Positions 37,501-50,411 of a stretch of 64,000 nucleotides of DNA are shown one piece after another. Made by a program: the position numbers and the translations under genes. The notes below the pieces were generated by a model. That model had not been told where the DNA came from and did not search any database. It was given only the letters and a program-made list of their open reading frames with translations. The stretch lies in the NCBI GenBank assembly GCA_036172245.1, contig JAYWIR010000014.1:1426001-1490000 (forward strand), written 5' to 3'. The stretch is from Raillietiella orientalis (taxonomy: Eukaryota). The first letter of the stretch is position 1, and each line of letters starts with the position of its first letter.

Positions 37501-40245
37501 GGAGGGAGCTGGGACTCTGTCTGGGCAGGGCGCGTCTCCTCCTTCCACAAGCAGACTCCCTGGCTGAGGAAGGCGGAGACGCGTCCTGTCCATCTCCTTG
37601 AGCAAACAAACGACTACTCCCGGAGCGAGCGATCTCCAGGACAGTTGGCGATCTCGTCCGTATCGGCGGAGACGCTGGTAACCGAGAAGACGGATGCTAT
37701 TGGACTGCGTCCAACGTGGTCCGTCTGGCCTCGTGGAGGAACGGCCATCGCGAACCCGCTCGAGGGGTGCGAAGAGGGATGGACTTGCGTGCCGGCAGGA
37801 CCCAGAGTCCCAAAGAGCAGGATTCCCGAGAGGTGGCCGCCTATCCGGAGTGCGTTCGGTGCAGGAACCCCGGGAATAGCCGGGAGTCAGTCTGCATGTG
37901 AGAGAAGGGAAGGGGAGTGAAGGGGAAATATTGGGAAGAGAGTCGGACGCTTCCGGCTGGAGGAGAATTCCTCGATCCAAGGCAGAGCGCGCGCGTCTCG
38001 TGCAGACCCTGGGGGAAGGAACGGTGGCAGAGGGATCGTTCTACTCCCCTATCTCCCCTCCTTCAGGAGAACTCGATCCCTGATACCCCTTCCCTTCTTT
38101 CTCGGAGTGGCTCCTTTACGAAGAGGGGCCGAAGCCAACCACATTGCGGTCCCCCCTCCCCTCTCTCCAAAAGAATTCCTCCAGAGAGTTCCACTCATGC
38201 CTCCAGCATCTCTCCCAGGACGCAGCAGGAATGCATCAGGTCACTGCCGGCGAGCCTGCACAGGGAAGGCGACTAGGAATTCCAGTCACAGGGTCCGCGA
38301 GAGCGTCCGGAGGCGGAACTGAGGCAGAAGAGGAGGGACGGGAAGGAAAAACGGGGGATTCGTCCCGAAGTGCCTGTGGCTTGTCCCGGGGGAACCCGGA
38401 AAAGGCAGCGGCATGCCAGATTCCTCTAGCGACAGCATCCTTGTACGAGAGGGGTGGGTGATGGAAAGAGCTGCGGGCTCCCCCCACTCCTCACTCCCCC
38501 TACCTCACGATGCAAGCTTCCCCAGGAACGCAGCGGGTCTGCTATTTCCTCCATCTCCCCGGATCTGTCCTTCAAGCGAGAATGCGGGAATTCTGGTCAG
38601 CCGGAGTTCCGTCAGGAGCTGCAACCACCTGGCTACATCCGGCAGGGCAGGTGGAGACCAAAGACGGATGGTGCTGCCTGCGCCATGGGGAGCGTGCAGT
38701 CTGCCGGGAGCGGGGCAGAAGGAGAAGCCATTGCCCGGGCGACCGCCGCATCTCCGGGAGCGCGCGAAGACGAGAAGCGAGGAAGAAGGGGAAGTCCCGT
38801 CCGCCGCGCTCGCTCCTGGGCACCGGCGATGGGAGCGCGGGAGGAGATCCATCGCCCCCTCCTCCACTCCTCACCGCCATGGAGTCGTCGAGCTGCTCCG
38901 CGGGCGGCGCTGCTTCGAGCGCCCGAGGCAGCGGCCGGCCGAGTTCGCGGTCCCCGCTAGCCTAACGGAATTCCGGATCGGGTCCGCTCCCGCCACCGGC
39001 GACGCCCGGCGGCACGGAGCGCGCGCAGTGGCCCGTCCTCTCCTCCGCCCCCTTGCCCCCGCAGCGCGTTCGTTGCTCCTTGACCTACGCCGGAGACCGC
39101 GGCGGGCTCCTCCGCCCGGCGCGCACGGACGGACGTCCTCGCGAGCCGGGCGTCCGCCCCAGAGACTGCGAAGGTCGCCTCCTGGGTTTTCCGCCTCCGC
39201 CGTAGTTCTCCCCTTTTTCTCCTCCCGTCTCGCGGGGCCGCCCACCGGGCAACTGGAGCTGGTTGGCCGTGGCAACCACAGCGGAAGGAAGGGGAGGCTG
39301 AACCTTGCGAGGCTCCCTCTACCACAAAGTCCCTCACCTCCCCACCCACCTCCGACTTTTGCTGTGCTCCAGGATGGCACTAACGTCACCGACTTCGTGA
39401 TCCCTTCGTTTACGCTCTCCCTGAAGGCCGGGAATTCTGCCGAGACGAAGGGCCACGGGGCTTTTCCCACGTCCGTTGTCCTCCTGGCGCGGACGTTTGC
39501 CCCCTGGGACTCCTCGGGGGCGGTTCCATGACAACATATCGCTCAACAGCAGGAGTGCGCTCGGAGGACCGCCAAGGGGAGGGCGCGGTCTCCTCGGTCG
39601 CAAGGAGAAAGGGGAGGGGGCTTCTTCCCGAGTCCACCGCACCCCTCCCGAGAAGACTCCAGCGCCGCCGCTCCCCATCCCCCCCTTTCCTGAAGTTTCG
39701 GGTGCGAGCCGAAACTTCAGGAAGGGAGAAGAAGAAAGGAAGGAGGCGAGAGAAGGGGGACGATTTCCGGGCTCACATGCCCGCGTCCGGGAACCGCTCT
39801 TTCCTTCCTCCTCCCATAACTACGGTCCCTCTCGTCCTCGGCAGTGCTCTTCCCCCACGAACCGACTGGATTCCCTCTTCGGCCGACCCTATGTCCCTCT
39901 CGTGGCGCTCGGGATCGCTGCCCGGGAAACGCTTCTGATTCTCCGAGCAACATGGCGACGTGCAGACTCCCCTCTTCTCGGTCCCAGGCACCACAGGGAA
40001 AGGTCCGACCCGGGAAAGGACGTGGACGACCCTGTCCCCGTTCCCTCTGCCCACGCAGGATCGTTCTCCCCTTAGGAAAGGGAGGAAGGCTCTTCTTCTT
40101 TCGGCCTCTGTTCCACACCCGAAAGGGATTGGACCACCGTTTGCCACGGAGAGGCGGCCGACGGAGATCGGAGCGGAGAAGAGACTCGCTCGAGCGGCAC
40201 AGGAAAGGTTTCCAGGGCCGCTGCCCACCTACTCGTGTGCAGAAA

Positions 40246-40706
40246 GTGACGTCACACTGCTTCCCGCGCCTCTCCTCTTCCCCCTCTGCCACTTTCCGCC
40301 CCCTTTCCACTCTTCCTTTCGCGACTCGTAGCTGTTCCCTCCCTCCCTCCTCATCCCTCCTCCCCTCTCATTTCCCCATCGCCATAGAAACCGAGAGTCG
40401 AGTTGCGCTCGCGGAAAGGAAAATCTCCGGGTTTGGTGCTGATTCGCTCCTTCGCTGCTTCTTTCTTGCGGTGCGCCCTTGGCGAGCAGGTGAACGGTGG
40501 ACGGACACCCCGAGAGGTGATCGACTGCCCCCGAAGGCTGTGCGCAGGCAGGGACGGCCAGCAGCGGCCGAGGCGAAAGACGAAAAGCAAAAATGAAAGG
40601 AACGGAAAAAGGAAGGGAGGGAGAGACTGGAGGAAGGGGGAGAGGAAGCGCGTGGGGCGTGGCAGCCAGTCCGCGTGAGCGGCGCGACGTGATGCCGCTG
40701 ACGTCA
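40246..40706. promoter_or_regulatory. Pair of perfect CRE palindromes (TGACGTCA) in a CpG-rich block
   Basis: GTGACGTCAC at 40246-40255 and TGACGTCA at 40699-40706, with a half site (TGACG) near 40720. Function inferred only. Confidence 0.35.
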
Positions 40707-43171
40707 CCTCTACCTACGCTGACGCCCTAGTCGCTTTTGAGCGGGAAATGAGGGGGGGAGGGGGAGAGGAGGAGAGGAAATCTTGTGGTTCTTTTGTGGG
40801 GGCGGCGCCGTCCGCGCGGTCTCTCCCGGGAGAAAGTCGGACGATCTGCGGGCGGGAGCACCCCGAGCGGCAACAGCGGACATCCAGTGGCCTGGGGCGC
40901 CAGGAACCTCGGCCCACAGGAAACCTCCTTCCCGCCCTCGGAGCGGGGGCTGCCCTGAGAGGGCGTTCCGGAAGGAGCGAAGCCTCTCATCCCGCGTGCC
41001 GTGCCACTTCCTGCAGCCACAGCTTCCGCCTCATCCGGGTCACCGGGTTCTTGGCACCGCCGTCCCCGATCCGCTCCGGACTCGCCGCTTTGCGGAACTG
41101 CTTCCAGGTTGGAGGGCGCTCCCTCCGCCGGGCGAGTTCTTGAGCCGGGAGCAGCCTGCAGCGACGACGAGGGCGCTTCCTTCCCCTTCCTTCCGTGTCA
41201 CCCACCCTCGAACGTTTCTGGATTGGCCGCCACGCGTGGCAAGCAGCTTCTCCTGGGTCTCCTTGCTCCCTGGCTCTCTTCCCGGACCACCCTCGCTCTC
41301 CTCGCCGCGGTTTTACGACCGAAGCACCGTTGAGGAAGGACGGGAACGCATTGTCCCCTTTCCTCGCGGCCTCGCCCCCTTCCTGCCTGCGCTGCTCCCT
41401 GAAGGCTTTGAATTCCTCCGGCCCTTCCTCTGAGAGTGCCCCCTGGGTCGCGTCCTTTCTTCTTCCTCCTCTCCTTCTTCCTCCTCCACCTTCTTCCGCC
41501 CTCCACTGCCACTGCGACGACGCGAGGGCAGGCTTGGCGACCTGCCGCCGCCGCCGCCCGAGAGGCGGAGCCCCAAAGCAAAGGGAGCGAAAGGTGTGCC
41601 GCCTCTCCACTTTTCTCGCGTCCCTCGACTGACCACCCATCGGCGAACAGGAGGGGGAGGGGAGCGTCCGAGGACCGGAACCTCTTTGGCATCCTGCGGG
41701 AGAGTCCATCCTCCAGCGTCTGGGACAGAGGAGGAGGCCGGTGGACGACACCCCCGAGCTGCCCCGACCACTCGGACGAGCCGGCGTGGGGGGGGGGGGG
41801 TTCCAGGCTGCCAACGAGGACCCCGAGCTGAAACCCTCGTGACGCAAGGCGCGGAGAGGCACGCGCGCACGATGATGGCGGTGCAAGGATGACCGACCGA
41901 GATGGTCCCCAATCTGCAGCTCCTCTGGGCATCTCCGAGGCAGGCGTGCTCGCGGTCCGGAACCAGCGCTGCTTGCGACGGTCGCACGGGCAGTTGCTGG
42001 TAACCACATCAGCGCGTGAGAGGAACGGCGCAGGAGGTTCGCACTTCCAGGATTTGGAGTTTTGGCCCGAGGGCACCCGCCCAGGAAGAACGGATCTCTT
42101 CCCTTGGAAGTCCCGTCGACGCAGGCGCTCCGCACGCAGTGTCCGGGAGACCGGACTGGCTGGCAACGGGAAAGAGAGGAGACAGAAGGGATGCAAGCCC
42201 TACATCCGAGAGAGAGGTCTTCTAGGAGAAAAAGACAGAGAGAGAGAGGGCGAGGAGAGCTCATCGTGCGAGAAGATTCTTCTTCCTCCTCCTCCGCCTC
42301 CGCCGCAGCAGCCGCCGAGCGAAACGGGACGGAAGCTGAGCGGAGTGCAACGCGCGGACCAGCTTGGGTGCGGCGCGCAGGCGTCTTTCTGAGGATCGGG
42401 GGACTGCAAGGAACCCTGCGAGAGAGGAAGCACGGAGGTTCCAGGTCGGAGTCCCATCATCGCCATCATTCGGGAAGACTGAAATCTTCTTGAGGACAGC
42501 AGGAACAAGAAAAAAAAAGGGAAGGAAGGAGGAGGAAGGACAGGAGAAAAATGCTCCTCTCTGTCCGTGGGTCTCGGTCTCGAACGCACGTCACCCGCGT
42601 TCCTACGAAGTGCATCATCTCTTGTGGTTGCCGGGGAGATCGTCTGCCAAGAGGCGACCGTCGAATGTGCCTTAATGGTGGAAGAGCAATAAAACAGAGG
42701 AAGAATCAAACGAAGACGACAAAGAATCGCGCGCGCGGGCAAGCATCTGTCCGCTCTGTGTTTTCATTTTCGTTATGCGCGTGCGTGCGATCGCGCGTCG
42801 TCATCATCGTCGCCGTCGTCGTCGTCGCTTTCCCTAAAGCGGGTTTTACGCAGCGACGTTTTTCCCAGGGGCTCGGCCTCTCCATGCGTTGGAATCGTCT
42901 CTTCGGGGACGGTCGCCTGCTCATTTGCATTCTGCTGGGCAACCGGGCAACCGCGAACGTGACGAATGTCATGTAAGCGAAGGCAGAGCTGGATCTCCTT
43001 AAACGCGGAGTCCGGGAATGGCATCCGCGTGTCGAACGCTTCTTCATGACACCACCACTACCATGCTGAGTCTTGCGTTTCACACGTGCGGCGGGGAGGG
43101 AGGGGGGAATCAATCCTCACTCCCTCCCCTCCGCGGAAAATCAGTGAAAGCCACTTTGGGTTTCTTTCTTC

Positions 43172-43172
<1 letters not shown>

Positions 43173-43209
<37 letters not shown>
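43173..43209. repeat. T19-A18 homopolymer palindrome
   Basis: 19 T immediately followed by 18 A. Confidence 0.9.
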
Positions 43210-44362
43210 TTCCTTCCTCCGCGCTTCATGACGGCAACTTTTGAAATGAATTCCCTGACGAACCGGTCTAATCCCCCCCCCCCTCCCTTGCCGCAAGAAC
43301 CCTCAGAAGGCGCTTGCGAAATTCCCGCGTACCCAAGCAGGGACTGCGAGTTGTTGCTTAGGTATGCTGCTGCTTCCATCGGTGGATGTAAACATAGCCG
43401 CGGGAGACGCCTGTTGTCACGACGAGGAAAGTATCACAGCGCCGCCGTTGCGTCAGACGCGCGGTCACTACTCCTAACAGAAAATGCGCAAGAAATGGCT
43501 GGGGGCTGTTCAGATTCTCGGATTCTGGCGTCCGTACCAATTAAGTCTTTGTGGTACATCGAATCAAGCGGTCGAACTGTCATTCACCTCGGGGAAAAGT
43601 CGATACTCTCGACAACCGCATCATCATCAACCAGTTGAGTGGAAAGGAGCAGTAACCTGCCTCCCCCCCCCCCCCCATGCACATCACGGACCGACTGCGA
43701 TTAGGACCACTCGCCCTGGCAGCGGCGCTGGACCGAAGCGGCGAAGCCTCTCCGATTGCGCACGGAAGGTGGTGTAACCCCGTTCCTTCCAGCGCGGCCT
43801 GCCGGGCTCGAGTGCAGCTCGCCGCGCCGAAGCGGGCTCCTGCTCCTGGAAGTCCACCCCCCCCCCCCTCCTTCCCCGAGAGGTCTCCGGGGCAAGAAAA
43901 GCTGTCGGTAATTGCGGACCTTCACGGTCTGCCTGCGTGCACCACGCGGATCATTATCTGGCGGGAACCCCGTCCACGAAAATTTGCATAGGGACGAGTG
44001 TCCCCCGTCCTTCCCCGGGAAGGCGCGCGGTCCCGTTCGCCTGTGCCGCGGAGGGTGCGCTGTGGAATGCGCAGGACTCATCCAAAGGGGAGGAGAACTC
44101 TCTGAGAGCCTGCGCACGCAGCACGGTCAACTGGAGAAGGAATTTCGGGTTCCCTTTTGAAGAAACGTCCCGGTTCCCTGGTTGCGGCGGTGTGTGCTCG
44201 CGAAGAATTCCTGCATTGTTCGCTCCCATCAAGAACCAATTTCAGTTTCCCCTTTGTTGTTGTCGTCGTCGCCGTCGCCGTAGTCGTCGCCGCTGCTGTT
44301 TGTTTGTTTGCCTTTCCTCTTCCCGCGTCTCCCGGATGCTCGGTATAAGATCTCGATCAGCC

Positions 44363-45138
44363 AGCTGCGGTTCCTCCAGGCTTCGAGGTTGATCTCAGCC
44401 TCCACCCGCTTGTTCATCCACGGATCTGCCTTGCTGTTTGTTTCTCGCTCCCGCCGGGCGCAGGTGGGAGCGAAAGACGAAAGCCGTTTTTCGAGGGCGC
44501 CTACAGCTGCTCCTCCACCGACTCGGATTTCTCCCGAGAGAAGGGGCAAGAGGACGATAATGTGTGCGTGATTTTTTTTTCCCTGCAGAAAGGCTGGAAG
44601 ACCACCGGTCCTCGGAAGCTGGAGTTGGCCGAAAGACGTCTGGTCGGTCCAGGAGAACGGAGAGGAAACCCTCCGCTTTTCGATGGCAGAAAGCGATCCA
44701 GCCGGTCTCTCTCTTAGGCTCATCGCCGCGTCTCCCTTCAACCCGCCGAGCGGCACAGGTGCTTCGCATCGCCTCCTTCACCACTCACGGCATCCAGGAC
44801 AATCCCCAAGGCCAAGCGCGGTCCCATGTCCTCGAACCACGGGAGCGTGAAGCTGAACCCTGAGACTGCTCTGGGATGCGGGCCGCAGGGAAGCTGAGGG
44901 CTTGCGAGCACTTGCTGTCTGGGCACTGGACATCGTCCCGAGGGAAGGACCTCAAGTGTCTGCGTCGCATCTCGTAGGGGAGGGTGGGGAGGAGGAGGGA
45001 AGAGAGGGTGGGGTGACGCGGCCTCTAGAGAAGGAAGCTGCGGTTCCTCCAGACTTCGCAGTTGATCTCATACAAAACCCGCTTGTTCATCCACGGATCT
45101 ACCTTCTTGCTGTTTGTTTCCCACTCCCGCCGGGCGCA
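44363..45138. repeat. Local direct duplication of ~100 bp (44363-44462 and 45036-45138)
   Basis: Both copies read AGCTGCGGTTCCTCCAG.CTTCG..GTTGATCTCA......ACCCGCTTGTTCATCCACGGATCT...CTTGCTGTTTGTTTC...CTCCCGCCGGGCGCA. They differ by substitutions and one 3-bp indel. Confidence 0.9.
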
Positions 45139-47469
45139 CCAGATCCCCCTCACCAGGAAAGTCCTTCAGAGAAGGTGAGCAGGCGTGTCGGTCGCCGCGC
45201 AGCTCGGCTGGCCCCTGGAGGAGCACAATCCGGGAATGTCCCCTCCCCCTTCCCAGTCGCGCACGCGCGCTCCACCACCCCGTGGCTTGGCTGCTTCGTT
45301 CCGCCGGCGCGCATGCGAGGGTGGTAAAAGCGAGGCCGCTTCCGTGGACCAGCTGCTTCCCAAGTGAACCGGACCGACCACTTCCAGAAGCAAGTCCCAC
45401 TCCATCATCCTTTCTCCTTACAGACGCGAGATGAAGAGAGTCTTTGAGAGCGGTCCCCTCCCAGTTCTCGCTATCCGGAAGACTGGCCTCCTCCGTGTTT
45501 CTTAAGCAGCAGCGGCAACAGCGAGCCTGTTTCGCCTCCGTGATATGTGGTGTCCTTGGGAACGTAAGGTTTCCAGCGACCAGACCGCGCGCGTGATTCC
45601 ATATTTACCGTAACCAGTGGTATCCTCTCATAGGCAGAAACCTTGCCAACAGACGCTCTTGCACGCGTAAGAAACGTGCAGACTCATCCACCGGGTTGCG
45701 CCACTCGGAGTCTCATTTTCCGATTGTTACGATGATAATGTGACAAGGCGATCGGTTGTCGAACCAATAACTGTTAGCTGACCTAAATAGTGGTCTTCGA
45801 AGAAAATCGCTGTCACGTATGAGCCTTTCCCAATAATTATGGTACCTCGCTTCTTGTAGCGGAACCATTCAAAAACGGATCGTGCCTCCTTCTCTTGCCT
45901 AGTTCTTGAGAAATGGAGTCAGTTCTTGGAAAGAAGGAACGCGTTCCGGTCCGGCGTGTCCTTAAATTGTCGACGGAAACGGCTGATGCCTTCGTTTATT
46001 CCTTAAACGTCAGAACAATTCGCAGCGGTGAACCTTCTGCCGCCTTTCTGTTGCTACGAAGCACGAAGGAGAATGGGGATCTCCGCAAAGACGGAGACGG
46101 CATCCCGGGGACCTTCGAGAAAGTAGTCCTTTTTTGATAACGTTGCAGGAGAGCATTCAACAGCCAGTGGAAGTGCTCGTTTCCATTCAGAGTCAAAGAG
46201 CCTTCTCGATCTGGTCTTCCTCCTACATACGGGCTGTTGCGACCCTTGGAATGCAGGAAAGCCCGTTGGATTCAGCAGAGGGAGGATTGTGGAACGCCAG
46301 CTGCCTTCGCAAGCCAGGAGCCACTAAGAAGTGCTGTTGTTATTTTTCGACGCTTTGCTTTCAAGGCCGTCCATTAGAACACGGGAAGGATTCTCCGAGC
46401 ACCTGCTCAGCCTCTAGAGGCGGAAGCGAAAAAGCCTAGAGATTCCGAGGATGATCTGCTCCTGTGGAAAAATACCGTTGACAAGAAAATTTTTAATGGC
46501 TTCAGTGCCACACCCAACTTTCATGCGGTGTCGCTTGCAGCTTCTCGCCAATGAGTTTCCCTTCTCTCTCGCGGAATTCACCGTTGGATTGCTGCTGCTA
46601 CTCCCACGACCGCCTCTGTAGCCTTGCCGGGAGTCTTCCGGGAACCAGAACGAACCTCTTCTCAAGGAATAGCACGCGAGAATCCGCTTCCTGGCAGGAC
46701 CCGCTAACAAGCGGAACGCACACGAAATGCCTTGTGTCCCCATCTCGCGACTTCATTCTCCGATTCGCGGAAGCGACCACCTCGTCCGAAAAGAACCGAG
46801 AAAAACTCATCCGAGGAGATGCTTTCTTCGCTGCAAGAAGAGGGAAGACGCAAGCAACGAGAGTGGTCAGTATCGGGTGGAGAGCGAGAGATCTGCGGAA
46901 TTAAAGTGGAGGAAAGAGAAAGCATTCCGGGCGAATGACCGAGCGAGATGCATGTAGCTCACGCTGCTGGCCGAGTGGCGGGTAAGCGTGCCAGGTCCGC
47001 CTCGTTACCTTCCACTTCCTTTCTCTCCACCTCTAAGAAAATAATTTTTTCGGACCAGGGGATCAGAGGGACCCAGGATGGAAGCCACGAGTGGTGGTGA
47101 GCCACCAACCAAGAATGTTGCGAACTGAGGAACGAAACGTGGTGGTGATCCCCGGAGACGAGAACGAGAACTCGGTGATGGCGAAGCGGAGAGCAGCAAC
47201 ACACAGACCAATCTTCTTTGATGATGGCCTGGTCATTCCGATGAAATCGATGGGAAATCACGTGAAGAATCCGCTCCGTTTAGTTCATCTGGTGAGGAGA
47301 CCACGCTGATCTGAAGGGCGTTTCGTTCGGCCTTCTGGAATCCGTAGGCGAAGAATAGAAATCTTTCGAAACATTCGCCGTGGGCAGAACGCATTCTCGA
47401 GTCGAGCCAAGGGGGAAGAATACCTTCCGGATAGTTGATCATGGCAAAGTGGCAGATTTTGGTATTGCT

Positions 47470-47499
47470 TTTTTCCTCAGTCCGGAGACTGAGGAAAAA
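47470..47499. repeat. Perfect 13-bp-stem hairpin
   Basis: TTTTTCCTCAGTC-CGGA-GACTGAGGAAAAA. Confidence 0.85.
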
Positions 47500-50411
47500 C
47501 GGAGAGTATGAGTTAGGAAAAAATGTTTTCTGGGTGTCCGGCCATCACCGAGTTGGGTCTCACTTTGGCACCTTCTAGATCACTTCCGGAGCTCAAACAT
47601 TCCGCGTCTTGTCTTCAAGAACACTCCTCATGTCAGCTGCACACCTGTTTTCATCTTCCTCACTTCCTGTTTTTCTTCCAGGTGATCGAAGACTGAAAGA
47701 TGATTCCGATAGCGCTTTCCCTTTGTTCTTGATGACGAATGGTTCCCACTCTATGGGAGGAAGGAAGGCTACATAGGAGCTCTTCTGAAAACCCTCAGTT
47801 ATTTGGAAATCTTTCCTTGAAAAAAATCTCGAGAAGCGTCTTTTCTCTTGAGGTGTGTGTACCAGAGAATTATGGAAGTTTCCGTCCAGAAAGATTCCAA
47901 TTGAGCAAGAAGTCGATCTCTGACGTGTCTTTGTGAAAGTCTTCCAGACTATTTCAAGTCTGTAGTCATCTGGGAACGAGTCATATGGACTGACCTGATG
48001 TCCAATACACTTGCTAAAGCTTTGCTGTTGGTATTTAGAAAATTAAATCAATCCTATGAATCTTAAATCAATCCTGACACTATCCCAACGTAGCAACGCA
48101 CTTACAGAAAATTTTCTCCTATGAAACTTTTGGCCACTCTCTAGGGTTCTAAGCAAGCCGCCTTCTAGAGAATGGTGGATTCCGTTCCACGATCACTCAG
48201 ATCTCCCACCTTTTTCTTGTTCTTCTGCTCTTCGTAGCTCAACCTTTTGTTACTGTTCTTAGAAAGCTTCTTTTTTATACAGACTCTCCTGTGAAAATCT
48301 GTAGCTCTCTGATTAGGGAATCATAATGGCTTTAACAAATGGGTTATCTAGCTTTTATCGTGGAGGTCCAAGATTATTGTGTAGAAGCAAACTACTGAGA
48401 GAATTTGCTATCGATTTTTGTAGTGACAAAGAAGTACCTTTAACACAGAGAAGCAGTGGAGACGCTGGCAGTATGATCAAGGTAAGGAAATTGAGGAAAC
48501 TTCACAAAAAAATAGCTTGTTTGATTTACCAAGAAAAGCAAGAATTCTAAGAAAATCTTCGTCGTCTATGCTTCATTCATTCCAGTCTCACTCGCACTTC
48601 CCTCTCTTCTGTTCATTTATTGTTAGTGTATGGGAAAGACAACGTCTCTCTTTCTCGTTTTTCTGATTCCATGTTCCAGCAACATGATGATCCAAAGTCA
48701 CAGAACTCATCGGACGAGTGCCACTTCTAACGATGAGGTGAGCAGCTGATGCATGATAGCAGACAAGCATCAACATCTCCATTATTCATGATTCCAAGGA
48801 TGAGCGCCCTTCTCACGAGTCTCGCATTCTGTCCTTCCCGCAAGCTTAAAGTAGCTGACTTTGGTTCCGTCTCTACAGATTTGCCCTTGGGGACAATTCA
48901 GAGTTGATTGCAGCCACCATCACCCGAAATTCGGGTTTTAGTGAACTCTACATCAGAACCTTTTGCCTTTCCAATTTCATCAAATGTCTTTTCCTCTCTA
49001 CAGATGACGTTATCCAATGAGTTCTCTCTTTTTCCCTCACTAACAACCTGAGCAATTTCAGCATCTTCCTAGGCAGATCTTTGAAAGACTTATCTTTGAA
49101 AGCGCAGGCAGCTACTAACTGACGCTGAGGCATGTCGGAACGCACGAACTGCACCTCGTCATCTCAAGCAGGCACCTTACAGGCATTCATCCTCTCTTAA
49201 GGACAGAGAGAAGAGAGCTCTGTGCTTTTATTCGCCAGAACATTTTTGCTCGAGATCCAAAACACGTCAGAAGAGTGTTCCAACCTTCAGGCTGTTTAAA
49301 GATGTGCTCGTTCGATCTCTTCTGACTTCGCGAATTTCCAGGACTTTCAAGAGAAGGACTGAGGCAAACTGGTAGCAGCAGAACTCAGTTTCCACTCCAA
49401 GATGCGTTATTCAATTAATCTAGGGTTGATTGGCACCATCTCTGCCCTGATGCAGTGATCGGAAGCGAAACCAATCCCTCCGTTCTTTCGAGTACTTGCA
49501 AGCGATCTTCCCCACCCACTGACATTCATTGGAGATGAATTCTTCATTCTCATGGTAGTTCTTCCTTTTGCTTTTCCCTTGTGCTCTGTGAGCAACTGCC
49601 GGATCGGTTCAAGACTCCAGCAGACAATGTAAAGTGTTGTCTTTCCTTCCTCGAAAACTCTTTTAGGATGGCATGTTCTTTTAATGATTTATCATACTTT
49701 CCTCGCTGTCGACGTAGTCTGAACTTAATCCAGAGACAGGACATTGCCCACGATAGAAGTCTCCACGTGTTGGTATTTGAGAGTCATCACAGGTTTCTTC
49801 GTCCTCTTTTCTGTTCACTCCTCTCCGCGAGAATAAAACTACAGTTTCCTGTGAAGGTCACACACATTCGATGATCCCAGCTAGCATGTAAGTAGCGGCC
49901 GTGATGAAGGACGGATACCGTTTTGTTGAAATGACCCGACATGAAGAATAGATGAGATCCGTAAGGAGGAATTTATCTTATTTAGAATTCAAAATAGTAG
50001 ATCCCCCAGATTAGGAATGCAGCCACGGTGACGAAAACTAATGGTGGAAAAAGTATCACTCTGCCCCAGTACTCGAGCTTAGGATGCGATTGGAGTGGAT
50101 CCATTTCCATCTTTTCCGCCTTTCCTGCCTCATTACTAATATCAGGGAAATTCGTAAAATAATAATAGAATTTCAGAAGGAAAAGGAGCAAATAGTAGAT
50201 TCCGTGTGAAAAGCCTTATAGAGCTTCCATTCTTGTTGAGTTCCTTCACATGTATGTTGTGCTCTTCCAACATCAATAATACGTATTCCCTTACAAGATT
50301 ACAATCATTAGAAACATCCTTTATGTCCAGTTAGGGACTTCGATTCTCTCAAGAGACTCTTTAACACTTGGATGGATCTCAGTGGGAGCAACAAATTAGA
50401 TGTGGAAATTT

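Noticed and set aside
38413..42264. 372-aa, 425-aa and 332-aa ORFs
   Set aside because: Several frames on both strands are open because stop codons are rare at high GC. The translations are low-complexity and lack family motifs.
42923..43989. Octamer ATTTGCAT sites (also at 584, 17213 and near 20367)
   Set aside because: The sites are scattered, one lies inside the transposon, and no snRNA gene or clear clustering supports a function.
48342..48353. GGTTATCTAGCT matching part of miR-9
   Set aside because: The seed end does not match and there is no precursor hairpin.
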